Shown: positions 18,928 through 27,942 of the stretch, piece by piece
Layout of the letters: every line of letters starts with the position of its first letter
How positions within the stretch are numbered: the first letter of the stretch is position 1
From: an uncultured Nitrospiraceae bacterium
GTDB lineage: Bacteria > Nitrospirota > Nitrospiria > Nitrospirales > Nitrospiraceae
Direction: 5' to 3'
Length of the DNA: 64,000 bases
NCBI GenBank assembly: GCA_963706325.1
Contig: CAVPLT010000004.1
Span: forward strand, 1-64,000
Made by a program: the position numbers and the translations under genes
The notes under the pieces: generated by a model
Told to the model about the DNA's origin: nothing
What the model saw: only the letters and a program-made list of their open reading frames with translations
The model's database searches: none

Positions 18928-19087
18928 TCAAGGTCGACGAGTGGGGATCGAGCATGACACAGCCTCGTTTAGTACGCCCACACGCGACCGCGCCACTCAT
19001 CGCGATCTTCCTGAGCGTCAGCCCTGACGATCATTCTTTTGGAATTACACGTTCAACAGCCTACGACGGCTTGGGCGGTCCTTCCAC

Positions 19088-19333
19088 ATGGTAACTGTTC
19101 GCCTCACGCTTCAGGTCAAACGCAACACCTGGCACATCGTGGCGTATCACATAGACTCCGCGCAGGAGGAGCAGCCGGTCATTATGCTGGGATATCTCAG
19201 ACGGAAGTTTATTTCCCCAGAGGCCGCCATGACCTATGTTAGGCGCACTGTCCTGGGTCGTCTGAAACTCCAAAGGCCTGATGCGACCGATGCCGATGTA
19301 GTGTGTGACGTGACGGTCAGGAGTCAGCAATAA
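19088..19333 (+). CDS. Hypothetical protein
   Basis: 81-aa ORF with globular composition. Confidence 0.45.
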   Translation: MVTVRLTLQVKRNTWHIVAYHIDSAQEEQPVIMLGYLRRKFISPEAAMTYVRRTVLGRLKLQRPDATDADVVCDVTVRSQQ

Positions 19334-19404
19334 TGTCACCTGAATGGCCAGGCTTCGAATCCAGTGTGTGTGAGAGCCTGTCCACGTCGCTCGGCGGCGT
19401 AATC

Positions 19405-19506
19405 CTATCGCCGCATATGCCGAATCACGCCGACCACAACGCCTTCAATGTGGAAGCTATCGCCCTCCTTGACGGTCGTGGGCTTCATCGTGTCGTCCGC
19501 CGGGTC
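19405..19506 (-). pseudogene. LexA/S24 peptidase C-terminal fragment
   Basis: RPADDTMKPTTVKEGDSFHIEGVVVGVIRHMRR* resembles the LexA C-terminus; no N-terminal part visible. Confidence 0.6.
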
Positions 19507-19722
19507 GTTGTTATTCCTCGTGGTTTCCCGCCCTTTTAAGGCGAGGTAGTCGAGCGCCAAATGCAAACGACTTTCCTAAATTTCCCGCAGGATGAGCGGC
19601 AAGGCCAGGCAGGATTATGACCCTCTCCATGGGCGGCTGCCATCTTGAAAGCAGCGTGTGATCAGCAATTTTATAACACGGGCTTCGTGCCATTGGTTCA
19701 TTATAGACAGATGTTCACTTCG

Positions 19723-19869
19723 TTAGGCCGCTTCCTGAACGGGTTCATCACCATCGGCAGCTGATTCAATTGCCACCCGCCGCCTCTCCGCATCGCTCTC
19801 TCGCACCAGGCTATTAACGAGAACCCATACTAACGCAGTCATCGTCACCAACCCGATCATCGTTTCCAT
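19723..19869 (-). CDS. Small membrane-anchored protein, 48 aa (METMIGLVTMTALVWVLVNSLVRESDAE...QEAA)
   Basis: SD GGAGG; downstream of a consensus sigma54 promoter. Confidence 0.65.
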   Translation of the reverse strand: METMIGLVTMTALVWVLVNSLVRESDAERRRVAIESAADGDEPVQEAA

Positions 19870-19927
19870 CTCGTCCTCCGATCAATAAATACGACGGTCC
19901 CGGTGCCCGTCTGACAGCAGCTGTCAG

Positions 19928-19943
19928 TGCAATGGAGGTGCCA
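19928..19943 (-). promoter_or_regulatory. Sigma54 (-24/-12) promoter
   Basis: TGGCAC-CTCCA-TTGCA. Confidence 0.75.
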
Positions 19944-20236
19944 CTGATTCGCTGCGGTATACGTAACTCATCCTTCACAAGGACTTAATCGAATGGAAAT
20001 AACGCGGTCAAATCGCCCAGGCTAAGGGGTTCGGTAGCCCTGTTTTAAGGCAAAAGCATGTCAGTTGGACTGCTTAATTCTTGACGGGAGAGTGTCAAAA
20101 TTGGCCCTCATGCTACTTGAAAAGCGACCTCGTCCGCTTCAACGATTTCAGACCTTGTGCCAGGCGTGGGCTTCTCCAGAAGGGTCTCTCGCTCACTTCT
20201 TCCACCGACCGTCTCATGTTCTCCGCTGACGGGAGG

Positions 20237-20344
20237 TCACTCGCGCGGCGACAGGAAGAAGACGACACGCAAGACATAGATAATGCACAGAAACAGAAAC
20301 CCTCCAAAGGCGAGATGAAGGAGAAAATCGACGAGTTCATGCAT
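20237..20344 (-). CDS. Small TM protein, 35 aa (MHELVDFLLHLAFGGFLFLCIIYVLRVVFFLSPRE)
   Basis: SD GGAG, strongly hydrophobic. Confidence 0.55.
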   Translation of the reverse strand: MHELVDFLLHLAFGGFLFLCIIYVLRVVFFLSPRE

Positions 20345-20928
20345 GTAGCACTCCATGAAGGGAATTATGGAGAGAGTCTAATCGCGTGGTGTTACGTGGG
20401 TGTTCCGGCACACTCAAGGAACCTTAACGACACGGCGGCAGGGGTGGATAAGTTGAGGACGGTCGTCTGGGCGGGACGCTCGATGTGTGCTCGAACGAAG
20501 GCAGCTTCCATTGAACGTCCCTTTATATCGTGATCGATGACTCAGCGATCAAAAGCATGGATGGAGCGGAGTGCCCTGCAAGCTGCACAGGTCCCTCGTG
20601 AGAGCCTCTCTAGGCGCCCCGGTGATTCGATCAGGACCACCGACGTTGCTTCGAACAGCCAATTTCTCAAGGTCTCCAGGCCAAATCGAGGTTGGATGAG
20701 GCCATTCTATGGGTGACCAAAAATAAAGTCACAGACTGCATGCACCACGCACCATTCATTAATTGACCGCATAAAACGCATCCAGGGGGCGACCAGTTTT
20801 GCGCTACTGCAAAGGCCGAATCGAGATTTCTCCATACCACTCTCCTGTGACATACTGACCGATGACTGCGGCTGTGCGCTTGGTAGGGGAAGGCCGAGCG
20901 GAGGTCTGTTGCGATTCGTGAGTGCACC

Positions 20929-21639
20929 ATGACACAAGAAGACGCCAACATCATTGATCAGCCCGAAGGGCACCTCGGGACGCTGGCGACTATCGACTTC
21001 GCCGGCACGACCTATCAGGTCCCAGAGGGCATGACGGCGCTGAAGGCCTTGTGGCACGCGGGCCAAGAGGTGGTGAGGGGAGCGGGCTGCCTCGGCGGGT
21101 TCTGCGGCGCCTGTGCAACCTACTATCATACGAAGGATGATCCGAAGGTGCGGTCGGGTCTGGCCTGCCAACTGGCCGTCCAGGACGGCATGTCTTTTAG
21201 CTTCATGCCTCCGTTCCCAGCCCGCAAGGCTCTGTACGACATTCATACGCTGAAGGACCCGAAGAAACACCTCTTCGATCTCTATCCCGAAGCCCCGCTC
21301 TGCAAAAACTGTAATGCCTGTACCGAGGCGTGCCCGCAGAACATCGACGTGCGCGCCGGCGTCTGGAAAGCTGTGTTCGGCGAGTACAAGACAGTCTCAG
21401 AGATGTTTATGGACTGTGTGATGTGCGGGATGTGTAACCCGGTCTGTCCTGCCGACATTGCGCCCAATCTGGTGGCGCTTTATGTCAGCCGGGTCCAAGG
21501 GGCTCGCCTAACGGAAAAGGGGCCAGGGCTTGAGACCCGGATCAAGGAAATCGAAGACGGGTGCTTCGACCTGGAATGGGACAATGTGCTCGCCATGAAC
21601 GATCACGAGCTGGCCGGCTACGGTGCGACAGGGGCATGA
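20929..21639 (+). CDS. 2Fe-2S / 4Fe-4S dicluster protein (SdhB/FrdB-like architecture)
   Basis: GCLGGFCGAC...LAC, CKNCNACTEACP, CVMCGMCNPVCP. Confidence 0.88.
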   Translation: MTQEDANIIDQPEGHLGTLATIDFAGTTYQVPEGMTALKALWHAGQEVVRGAGCLGGFCGACATYYHTKDDPKVRSGLACQLAVQDGMSFSFMPPFPARKALYDIHTLKDPKKHLFDLYPEAPLCKNCNACTEACPQNIDVRAGVWKAVFGEYKTVSEMFMDCVMCGMCNPVCPADIAPNLVALYVSRVQGARLTEKGPGLETRIKEIEDGCFDLEWDNVLAMNDHELAGYGATGA

Positions 21640-21716
21640 TTCAAGGCCAGCCGAAAAGTTCAAAACAATTACTCTGTATGGGCTGAGAAGACGGAATATG
21701 AATCGGGGGGAGCCGC

Positions 21717-21923
21717 ATGACAGCTACGATACAGCTCGATTTCATCTTGGAGGAACTGCGTGTTCTCAACGTCGTCCTTGTACGATTCCTCAAGCACGAT
21801 GATGTTGGCGAAGAAGTCTTCTCTGGGGTTCAAACCGACATCGCGTTAATCAAAGGGATTGCAGCGCGGGTGAACGCTCAATACATGGTGCGGAAGCTCG
21901 AGCTTGGGACTTCTGAGGCCTAG
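21717..21923 (+). CDS. Hypothetical protein
   Basis: SD GGGGAG, 68 aa, helical. Confidence 0.55.
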   Translation: MTATIQLDFILEELRVLNVVLVRFLKHDDVGEEVFSGVQTDIALIKGIAARVNAQYMVRKLELGTSEA

Positions 21924-22207
21924 GCAGGGCCGGCAAGCAGAGTTCTTGAACGGGCCGTCCCGCGGCTCTGACGCTGCCGTTCGTATGGAGTTCGGCTAGT
22001 CGGCGACCTGATTTCGGCTTAGCAACAGAAGCAGTTTTCCCCAATCTTCCTTGGTGCGGTGCATTCGCGTGGAGTCGACCAGTACGCTCTTCTAGACTGG
22101 CCGTCTTATCGGGGTCGGAGTAATGGCGATAAGCATTCGAGTGATGAGTGCATTAATATTGCTAAGCTTGCTCAATCACGGATCCACACGAAAGCCGAGG
22201 TGCCGCG

Positions 22208-22369
22208 ATGACTGACTTCAAGGACGTTGAAGCGATGGATAAACGATGTGGGGTCTGTCCATTTTGCCAAGAGAACGGCTTTGACGCCATTGGGCTCAAG
22301 AAGCATCTTGTGATGTGGTGCGCCACCTTCAAGAATCTGCCTCCTATTTATAGGCCATTCTATGGGTGA
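22208..22369 (+). CDS. Small putative zinc-finger protein, 53 aa
   Basis: SD GAGG; CPFC...LKKHLVMWC. Confidence 0.5.
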   Translation: MTDFKDVEAMDKRCGVCPFCQENGFDAIGLKKHLVMWCATFKNLPPIYRPFYG

Positions 22370-22660
22370 CGCAAGGAAGAAATCACCGGCTCTGATAGAT
22401 CAAATACGAGTGCATCTTTAGGCAAGGCCACCACTCAGCCCCTTACCAACACGAATGGTCCTTCCCATCGGTGGTAGGCATCCTTGCGGTTACCATCTCC
22501 GTGACAGCACCTCAGCGGCTTCCAGGTATCGCATCACATACGTATCGCATCGCTTTTCATACCGTGCCTTTTAAGGAAAGGAGGATGCCCGCGCCCGTGC
22601 TGAGAGTGGAAATCCCTTAATTGTCATAGTTCTGCGGTGCGATGCCGGAATCGGGGCGCT

Positions 22661-22676
22661 TGGTATGCCTATTGCT
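22661..22676 (+). promoter_or_regulatory. Sigma54 (-24/-12) promoter
   Basis: TGGTAT-GCCTA-TTGCT. Confidence 0.65.
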
Positions 22677-22715
22677 CATCATATGGCACAGCAACTGAAA
22701 TAAGGAGATGCCAGC

Positions 22716-22829
22716 ATGAACATCCTCGCAGCCCTCACCTTGACCTTGTATTCTGGGACACTCGTGCTCCTCAGATGTTTCTGGCCTAAATGTGAAGCAG
22801 CGAGACTCCCCCACATACGTGCAGAGTAA
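22716..22829 (+). CDS. Small hydrophobic protein, 37 aa (MNILAALTLTLYSGTLVLLRCFWPKCEAARLPHIRAE)
   Basis: SD TAAGGAG downstream of the sigma54 site. Confidence 0.5.
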   Translation: MNILAALTLTLYSGTLVLLRCFWPKCEAARLPHIRAE

Positions 22830-23243
22830 AGCTGAACATGGACCCCATTACTTCTCTGAATAAAGGCGCATGTCATGACCCCGCGTCGGGTGAAATCGTG
22901 GACGTCTCTCACCGTACGTAAATAGTTGAGCTATCTTGGGCTCAATGACTACCCCCTTGACCCGCTCTTTCTTCACGCGTAGCATAAGACCTTGACGTAC
23001 CAGTTACGTCGACTGCTCTCTCCTACGCGCGTTGCATTCTCCCCTGCGCGATGGATCCCACGGTCCCCGCAGCTCCTACGCCAACCTCTTTCTGAAGCGC
23101 GGCATTCTTTGATGTCGCCCATTACGAATGTCGGCTCTTGCTTCAGCGAGTCGCAGCTCGGACAGGGAAAACTTTCCGGTTCCGTATCGGATTCGTCCCT
23201 GGTCAAGCAGGTCGTGGTGTTCTCAACGAAAGGGGTGCAGGCC

Positions 23244-23573
23244 ATGAAATGCTATACAATCGTGATGATAGGGCTCGTCTTGGTAGGGGGTGCCTCTCTC
23301 GCCTCCGCGAATCCCGCGATGCTGCCCAAGCATCCTGGGTATCCATCAGGCGGAGAGTATGCCAACGATACCGGGCAAAAGAGCCTGACCGTTGAGCAAT
23401 CTCTCAGCAGCGCCGCCGCGTCAGAGGATGCGCATACGAGCCAGAAACTGGTGGATCCCAACAATGCCAGGCTGCTGAAGCCGCAGGGAGCCGGTCAACT
23501 ACCCACGGTTCAAGGGCCTCAAATCAAAATTGAACCGCCGGTCACGGAGGCGACTCGTATGCCCAAGCAGTAG
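23244..23573 (+). CDS. Exported protein of unknown function
   Basis: SD AAGGGG, signal peptide ending ASA-NPAMLPKHPGYP. Confidence 0.75.
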   Translation: MKCYTIVMIGLVLVGGASLASANPAMLPKHPGYPSGGEYANDTGQKSLTVEQSLSSAAASEDAHTSQKLVDPNNARLLKPQGAGQLPTVQGPQIKIEPPVTEATRMPKQ

Positions 23574-23653
23574 CGCCCGGTTCACGCCTGAGGTAAAGGT
23601 CGTCGGCAATGACGGAAAGGTTCTTCCGTAGCGTGGGGATCGCAGGAGTGGCA

Positions 23654-24199
23654 ATGGGATTGATTCAGATTGGCCGACGCAAGAAAGATGGGGCGACTGA
23701 CATCATCACGACGACGATAGAGATCGCGGTCAACTGGGCCAGAAAAAGTTCCCTCTGGCCGATGACCTTCGGGTTGGCCTGTTGCGCGATTGAAATGATT
23801 GCCGCGGTGTCTTCGCGCTACGATATGGATCGCTATGGGGCCGGCGTCTTTCGCGCGTCACCCCGGCAAGCAGATCTGATGATTGTTGCAGGGACGGTCT
23901 GTCGGCGGATGGCACCGGTCATCCGGAAAATCTACGACCAGATCCCGGAGCCCGAGTATGTGATCGCCATGGGCTCATGCGCAACGTCGGGTAACATTTA
24001 CGACAGCTATAGTGTGGTGCAGGGTGTCGACCGGTTCGTCCCGGTTGATATCTACGTTCCAGGCTGTCCCCCGACTCCGGAGGCACTGTTCGACGGCATC
24101 TTAAAACTGCAGGAACGGATCATGCTGAAGCGGGTCTTCGTCACGCAACCGAAAGAAGTCAGGCCGTCGCTCAAAGATTACGATCGAAGCCATGCCTGA
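23654..24199 (+). CDS. nuoB: NADH-quinone oxidoreductase subunit B (orphan)
   Basis: [47 protein letters not shown]. Confidence 0.95.
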   Translation: MGLIQIGRRKKDGATDIITTTIEIAVNWARKSSLWPMTFGLACCAIEMIAAVSSRYDMDRYGAGVFRASPRQADLMIVAGTVCRRMAPVIRKIYDQIPEPEYVIAMGSCATSGNIYDSYSVVQGVDRFVPVDIYVPGCPPTPEALFDGILKLQERIMLKRVFVTQPKEVRPSLKDYDRSHA

Positions 24200-24445
24200 G
24201 CGGAGCCGCACCGTTCACTGGATAATCTGTTCCCCCAGAGAATTTGCAGAAAGCAGGTCAGCTCAGCAGGCCACAGAAGCGCAGATCGTCATCCTGTCGA
24301 TGGCCTAGTTCCTGGGTGCTGGTCAGTGATGGCAGGCCTACCATCAGTGGGCGCCATACAAGGTTACCACCATTAGGGCGCACCGAACCGTATCACGAGT
24401 CACATTGCGGTTCCCATTGCCTTTCCCCTTGCCAGGAGGTGAGCC

Positions 24446-24799
24446 GTGAAAGTTCTACTTCCGCTGTTGACCGTGCTCGCGCTGACCTTCGTGCCACCGT
24501 TTGCGGTCCATGCGAAACCACTATCCCCCGTCCAACAGCCTGAGAGCCCTGGCGCGCGAGATACTGACCAGCCCGCCAAGAGGCGATCGGAGCCCGACGT
24601 TCCGGCTATCCCTCCATCCCAAATGGATCCGGGCATGCAACACCTGCAAGAAGGCCGCGATGATCCCCACGCCTCCAGGGCACCGCGTAACCTCGATCCA
24701 AGCATGTCGACGAATCCTGACGTTGCGTCTCCCGGACGCGAGGGCATCCAGGATTCCCACGCCACCCAGGAGTTCAAAGGAAGTCAGGGGGTCCAGTAG
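24446..24799 (+). CDS. Exported Pro-rich disordered protein
   Basis: SD AGGAGG, GTG start, signal peptide ending AVHA. Confidence 0.7.
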   Translation: MKVLLPLLTVLALTFVPPFAVHAKPLSPVQQPESPGARDTDQPAKRRSEPDVPAIPPSQMDPGMQHLQEGRDDPHASRAPRNLDPSMSTNPDVASPGREGIQDSHATQEFKGSQGVQ

Positions 24800-24831
24800 T
24801 CACTCAACTGCATTCCACAGAAACGATCATC

Positions 24832-25317
24832 ATGACTGACCTTGCAATGTACGACGATTCTTTCCCTCCGATCCGACTCAGAGGACATACGCTCCTGTGT
24901 TTGCAAGGGTTCAGCGGAGAGGGATACAGTTCAGCGTTTGTTGAGAACATGGCTGTGGTCCACCGAACCCTTTCTGCCCATCCCGAGTCCCTGGTCGAGG
25001 TTCTGGATTCTCCCGATGCAGTATGTGGAGCGTGTCCGCATCACTATTCCACCGGATGTACGTTGAACGGGGATCGGTCTGAGGAGGGGATAAGAGACCA
25101 GGATCGCATCGTGCTTCGAAGGCTGGGACTGCAAGTGGGAGGTCGCATCCGCTGGCAAGACCTTCTTGACCGAATCCGTGCATCGGTGAGTGGCGCTGAT
25201 CTGCCGGCTATCTGTGGCAGTTGCCGGTGGTTGGCCCGTGACCTCTGTCGACAGGGGATTGATCGGCTGCGTGGCGAAGCAGCACATCCTAGTAGCCAAA
25301 CCAATCTTGGACCCTAA
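24832..25317 (+). CDS. DUF1284 family protein (putative Fe-S binding)
   Basis: LRGHTLLCLQGFSGEGYS, DAVCGACP, CGSCRW. Confidence 0.85.
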   Translation: MTDLAMYDDSFPPIRLRGHTLLCLQGFSGEGYSSAFVENMAVVHRTLSAHPESLVEVLDSPDAVCGACPHHYSTGCTLNGDRSEEGIRDQDRIVLRRLGLQVGGRIRWQDLLDRIRASVSGADLPAICGSCRWLARDLCRQGIDRLRGEAAHPSSQTNLGP

Positions 25318-25425
25318 CATGTCGCATGGTGGTGGGTACACGGGTCAGGAAGGAGAATGATCCATTGTGCCCCCTGACGATTGCAAGGCCAGAACAGGAA
25401 CCTGTCTAATCCGGAGGAACTGATC

Positions 25426-25670
25426 GTGGACGACCAGGCAGAAGATCAGCCGGTCCTGAATCATATCCAGCGCCTGCATCAGAAGAGCACCGGCTCTTTT
25501 CACAGAGGGTGCGCACCAAGGCAGATCAGAAGCGGTTGGCGAACATCCAGGTCGAATTGGATCAGTGTTGGGACTTACTGCGCCAGCGTCGGGCATTACG
25601 TGACGTGGGGGAGGATCCGAACGAAGCGGAACTACGCCCACCGGACATTGTCGAGAATTACGAACAATAG
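25426..25670 (+). pseudogene. DUF2630 family protein, 1-bp deletion near 25477
   Basis: VLNHIQRL / SEEHRL...VELDQCWDLLRQRRALR...RPPDIVENYEQ in two frames; SD GGAGG. Confidence 0.8.
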
Positions 25671-25966
25671 CTTTCAGCGTCTGAACGATTAGGGCAGTAC
25701 GATTGATAATTTCTTTGTGACTCCGTGTTACATGCCAGACACTAGCTCTACAGAGTCTCCCTGTCCTTCATGAAAAAATTGACCCCGGTCGCGTTGTCCC
25801 AATCATGTCAGCGAGCATTTCTGGACTAACGTTAGGAATGCTCTGTTGAGGTTTCCCCTGCTTGCCGAAATTCGCGAGCACCCGGCATACAAAGGTTGGA
25901 AGTCTCTGCATATCCGAGCAGCTCGACCATAATCGACTGTTTCATGGCACCATTCCCGGAGGACAT

Positions 25967-26281
25967 ATGAGCAAATTGACAGGAATAATGGCCGTGATTG
26001 TTTCAATGGCTCTCGGAGGAGGGTCCACAGTCACGGCAGCTAAAGAGAAGGAAAATGCAGTTTCCTCATCTACGGAGGAACAGCCTACCGGCGAGTCAGT
26101 GAAAGGGACGCTGCTGAAGATAGAGGGTCAATACTTCGTCATTAGAGGTCATGACGGAGAACAAGTCCGGGTCCATGTAGACGAAACCTCCAAGCTGGAT
26201 CGGGTCGTGGAGGGCGACATGGTGAGAGCCTTTATCACCAAGAAGGGGCATGTGATGACCTTGCAGCGGTTAGAGAAGTAA
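25967..26281 (+). CDS. Exported small beta-barrel (OB-like) protein
   Basis: SD GGAGG, signal peptide, VKGTLLKIEG...GEQVRVHVD...GDMVRA. Confidence 0.75.
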   Translation: MSKLTGIMAVIVSMALGGGSTVTAAKEKENAVSSSTEEQPTGESVKGTLLKIEGQYFVIRGHDGEQVRVHVDETSKLDRVVEGDMVRAFITKKGHVMTLQRLEK

Positions 26282-26372
26282 CATTACTCAGCCTAAAGAC
26301 CTCTGCCTTTTTTGGCTCAGCACGACGGTTTGAATCGCTAGGTCTGAACGCAATGCCAGAGGAGCGACAACC

Positions 26373-26869
26373 ATGGACGGATCGGTTAGTAGTAGCTATC
26401 AGAAGAGCCTTGATCAGACATATCAAAACCTAATCAATTTGTGGACCGACGCAGTACGGTCTATAACAGCTTGTTCTCTGACTACCTCACGGCCAATTCT
26501 ATCTTTGTGGCGGCAATTGGCTTTTTGTTCGCACGTCAGCCAAGCACCATCATCTGTGTTGTGCTGATTCTCATTCTGTGCTCCTTTGGCATGCTCATGG
26601 CCGTGCAGATGGCCATTGTCCTTGGCCGCTTTTCTGCACAAAGGTGCCTATGGGAATGGCGGCTTCGGGGCATCGAGAAAACCAAAAACTGGTCACAGCC
26701 CAAACTCTTTGGTGACCTCCGTAGGTTTCAGGACTTTCATGAACCCCTCGATGATCCCTCCAACGATCCTCCGACATTACTGCCCAATCGAGCTATGCGT
26801 CAGCATCGGCAGTGGTGGGCGCGACGAGAGATTAGTTTTCCATTATTTTTTGAAAGGATAGGAGGTTGA
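26373..26869 (+). pseudogene. Two-TM membrane protein, frameshifted near 26460 and probably truncated
   Basis: SD GAGGAG at ATG 26373; reading continues in ORF 26441-26869 with two hydrophobic helices. Confidence 0.5.
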
Positions 26870-27400
26870 TGGCCTAAGCGGAGTCCAAAGACCCTGGTAC
26901 CGAGCGAAGCGTATCGGATCAGTGGAGGTCTTCCTGGCGAGGAGCTCGCCGAGAGCAAGGAGCTGCTTGACTCGGTCTAAGACTTGGCGAGACTGCTCAC
27001 TGGTCAATCCGTCCCGATTGAAGGCGTCGAGGATCTGTTGGATCACTCGGTCGGAGACTTCGGTGGAAAGATAGGATTCGGGGAAGGCGGAACTGGGCTT
27101 GTTTTGGGGGAGATTCGACATGGTGACTGCCGGCTTCAAGTTCACGGCGTCGACGAGCTTCAACACATGATCGACGAGGAACTGCTCCTCTTTGGTGTTG
27201 GGCGGAGGTCCTGGCACAATGACCTTTCCGTTCAGTTCGCCGTGCCGTTTGCGCAACTCTGCCACCATGTCGTGCACTTCCTGCTTGGTACAGAGACCCT
27301 TGCGTTCCAGCAACTCGACAATTGCTTCCATGACCCACATGTTGGCGAGCACACCTTCATCGACGGTGAAGGTCTCTCGGGGGGTGAGTTTCTCAGCCAT
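26843..27400 (-). CDS. Hypothetical protein
   Basis: SD AAGGAAG; EAIVELLERKGLCTKQEV helical N-domain. Confidence 0.7.
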   Translation of the reverse strand: MAEKLTPRETFTVDEGVLANMWVMEAIVELLERKGLCTKQEVHDMVAELRKRHGELNGKVIVPGPPPNTKEEQFLVDHVLKLVDAVNLKPAVTMSNLPQNKPSSAFPESYLSTEVSDRVIQQILDAFNRDGLTSEQSRQVLDRVKQLLALGELLARKTSTDPIRFARYQGLWTPLRPSTSYPFKK

Positions 27401-27454
27401 GGCGACTTCCTTCAGGCGAGTGCGTTGCCCTCGACAAGCTATGAATTCAGGGTT

Positions 27455-27631
27455 TCAACAAGGTTCGGTGACCGCAAAGAGGTTGAGGCAGGTGGGACAC
27501 ACGCAATTCTGATAGTTCTCCTTCGCTGCCTTCCATCGTGTTTGGTCGAGCGTCACCTTCTCACACCAGCACCCAGGAATCGGTGCGTTACAGTGAAAAC
27601 GTTTGCCACACCTCGAACATGCCTTGTCCAT
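27455..27631 (-). CDS. Cysteine-rich CWC family protein
   Basis: CSRCGKRFHC...CWC...CVCPTCL. Confidence 0.8.
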   Translation of the reverse strand: MDKACSRCGKRFHCNAPIPGCWCEKVTLDQTRWKAAKENYQNCVCPTCLNLFAVTEPC

Positions 27632-27887
27632 AAAGCGCAGAGTAGGCACTCGGAACACCACTGTCAAGGAGGACAGGCACTGGTTGACCATTCCACTGAA
27701 ACCTGATTGAAGAACTGATCTAGCGATTTACCCTACGTGTTCCGGGCGTGTCACGTCTACAGCAAAAACTGCCTCATTCCACCTCATTTCACCTGAACTG
27801 AACGCAGCTGAATAATCAGCGCAAAGCGCCTGTGGGAGCCAGTTTCAGCTGTACTGAGAACGGTTTGTATAGGAGTATCAGAATGGC

Positions 27888-27927
27888 TTAGGAAACCGCT
27901 GCTCTATCCAACTGAGCTACGGGGGCA
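27888..27927. repeat. att direct repeat, right copy: displaced 5' half of tRNA-Arg
   Basis: ttaggaaaccgctgctctatccaactgagctacgggggca, identical to 1741-1780 and ending at the anticodon loop. Confidence 0.95.
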
Positions 27928-27942
27928 GGCTAGAATCGGGAT

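Larger units (their letters stand above)
1741..27927. mobile_element. ~26 kb genomic island / inovirus-containing integrative element in tRNA-Arg(CCT)
   Basis: 40-bp direct repeats, integrase plus excisionase at the left end, phage module and accessory cargo inside, core genes resume after 28 kb. Confidence 0.9.

Noticed and set aside
27888..27927. Second tRNA-Arg gene
   Set aside because: Only the 5' half is present; no T arm or 3' acceptor strand. It is an att repeat.
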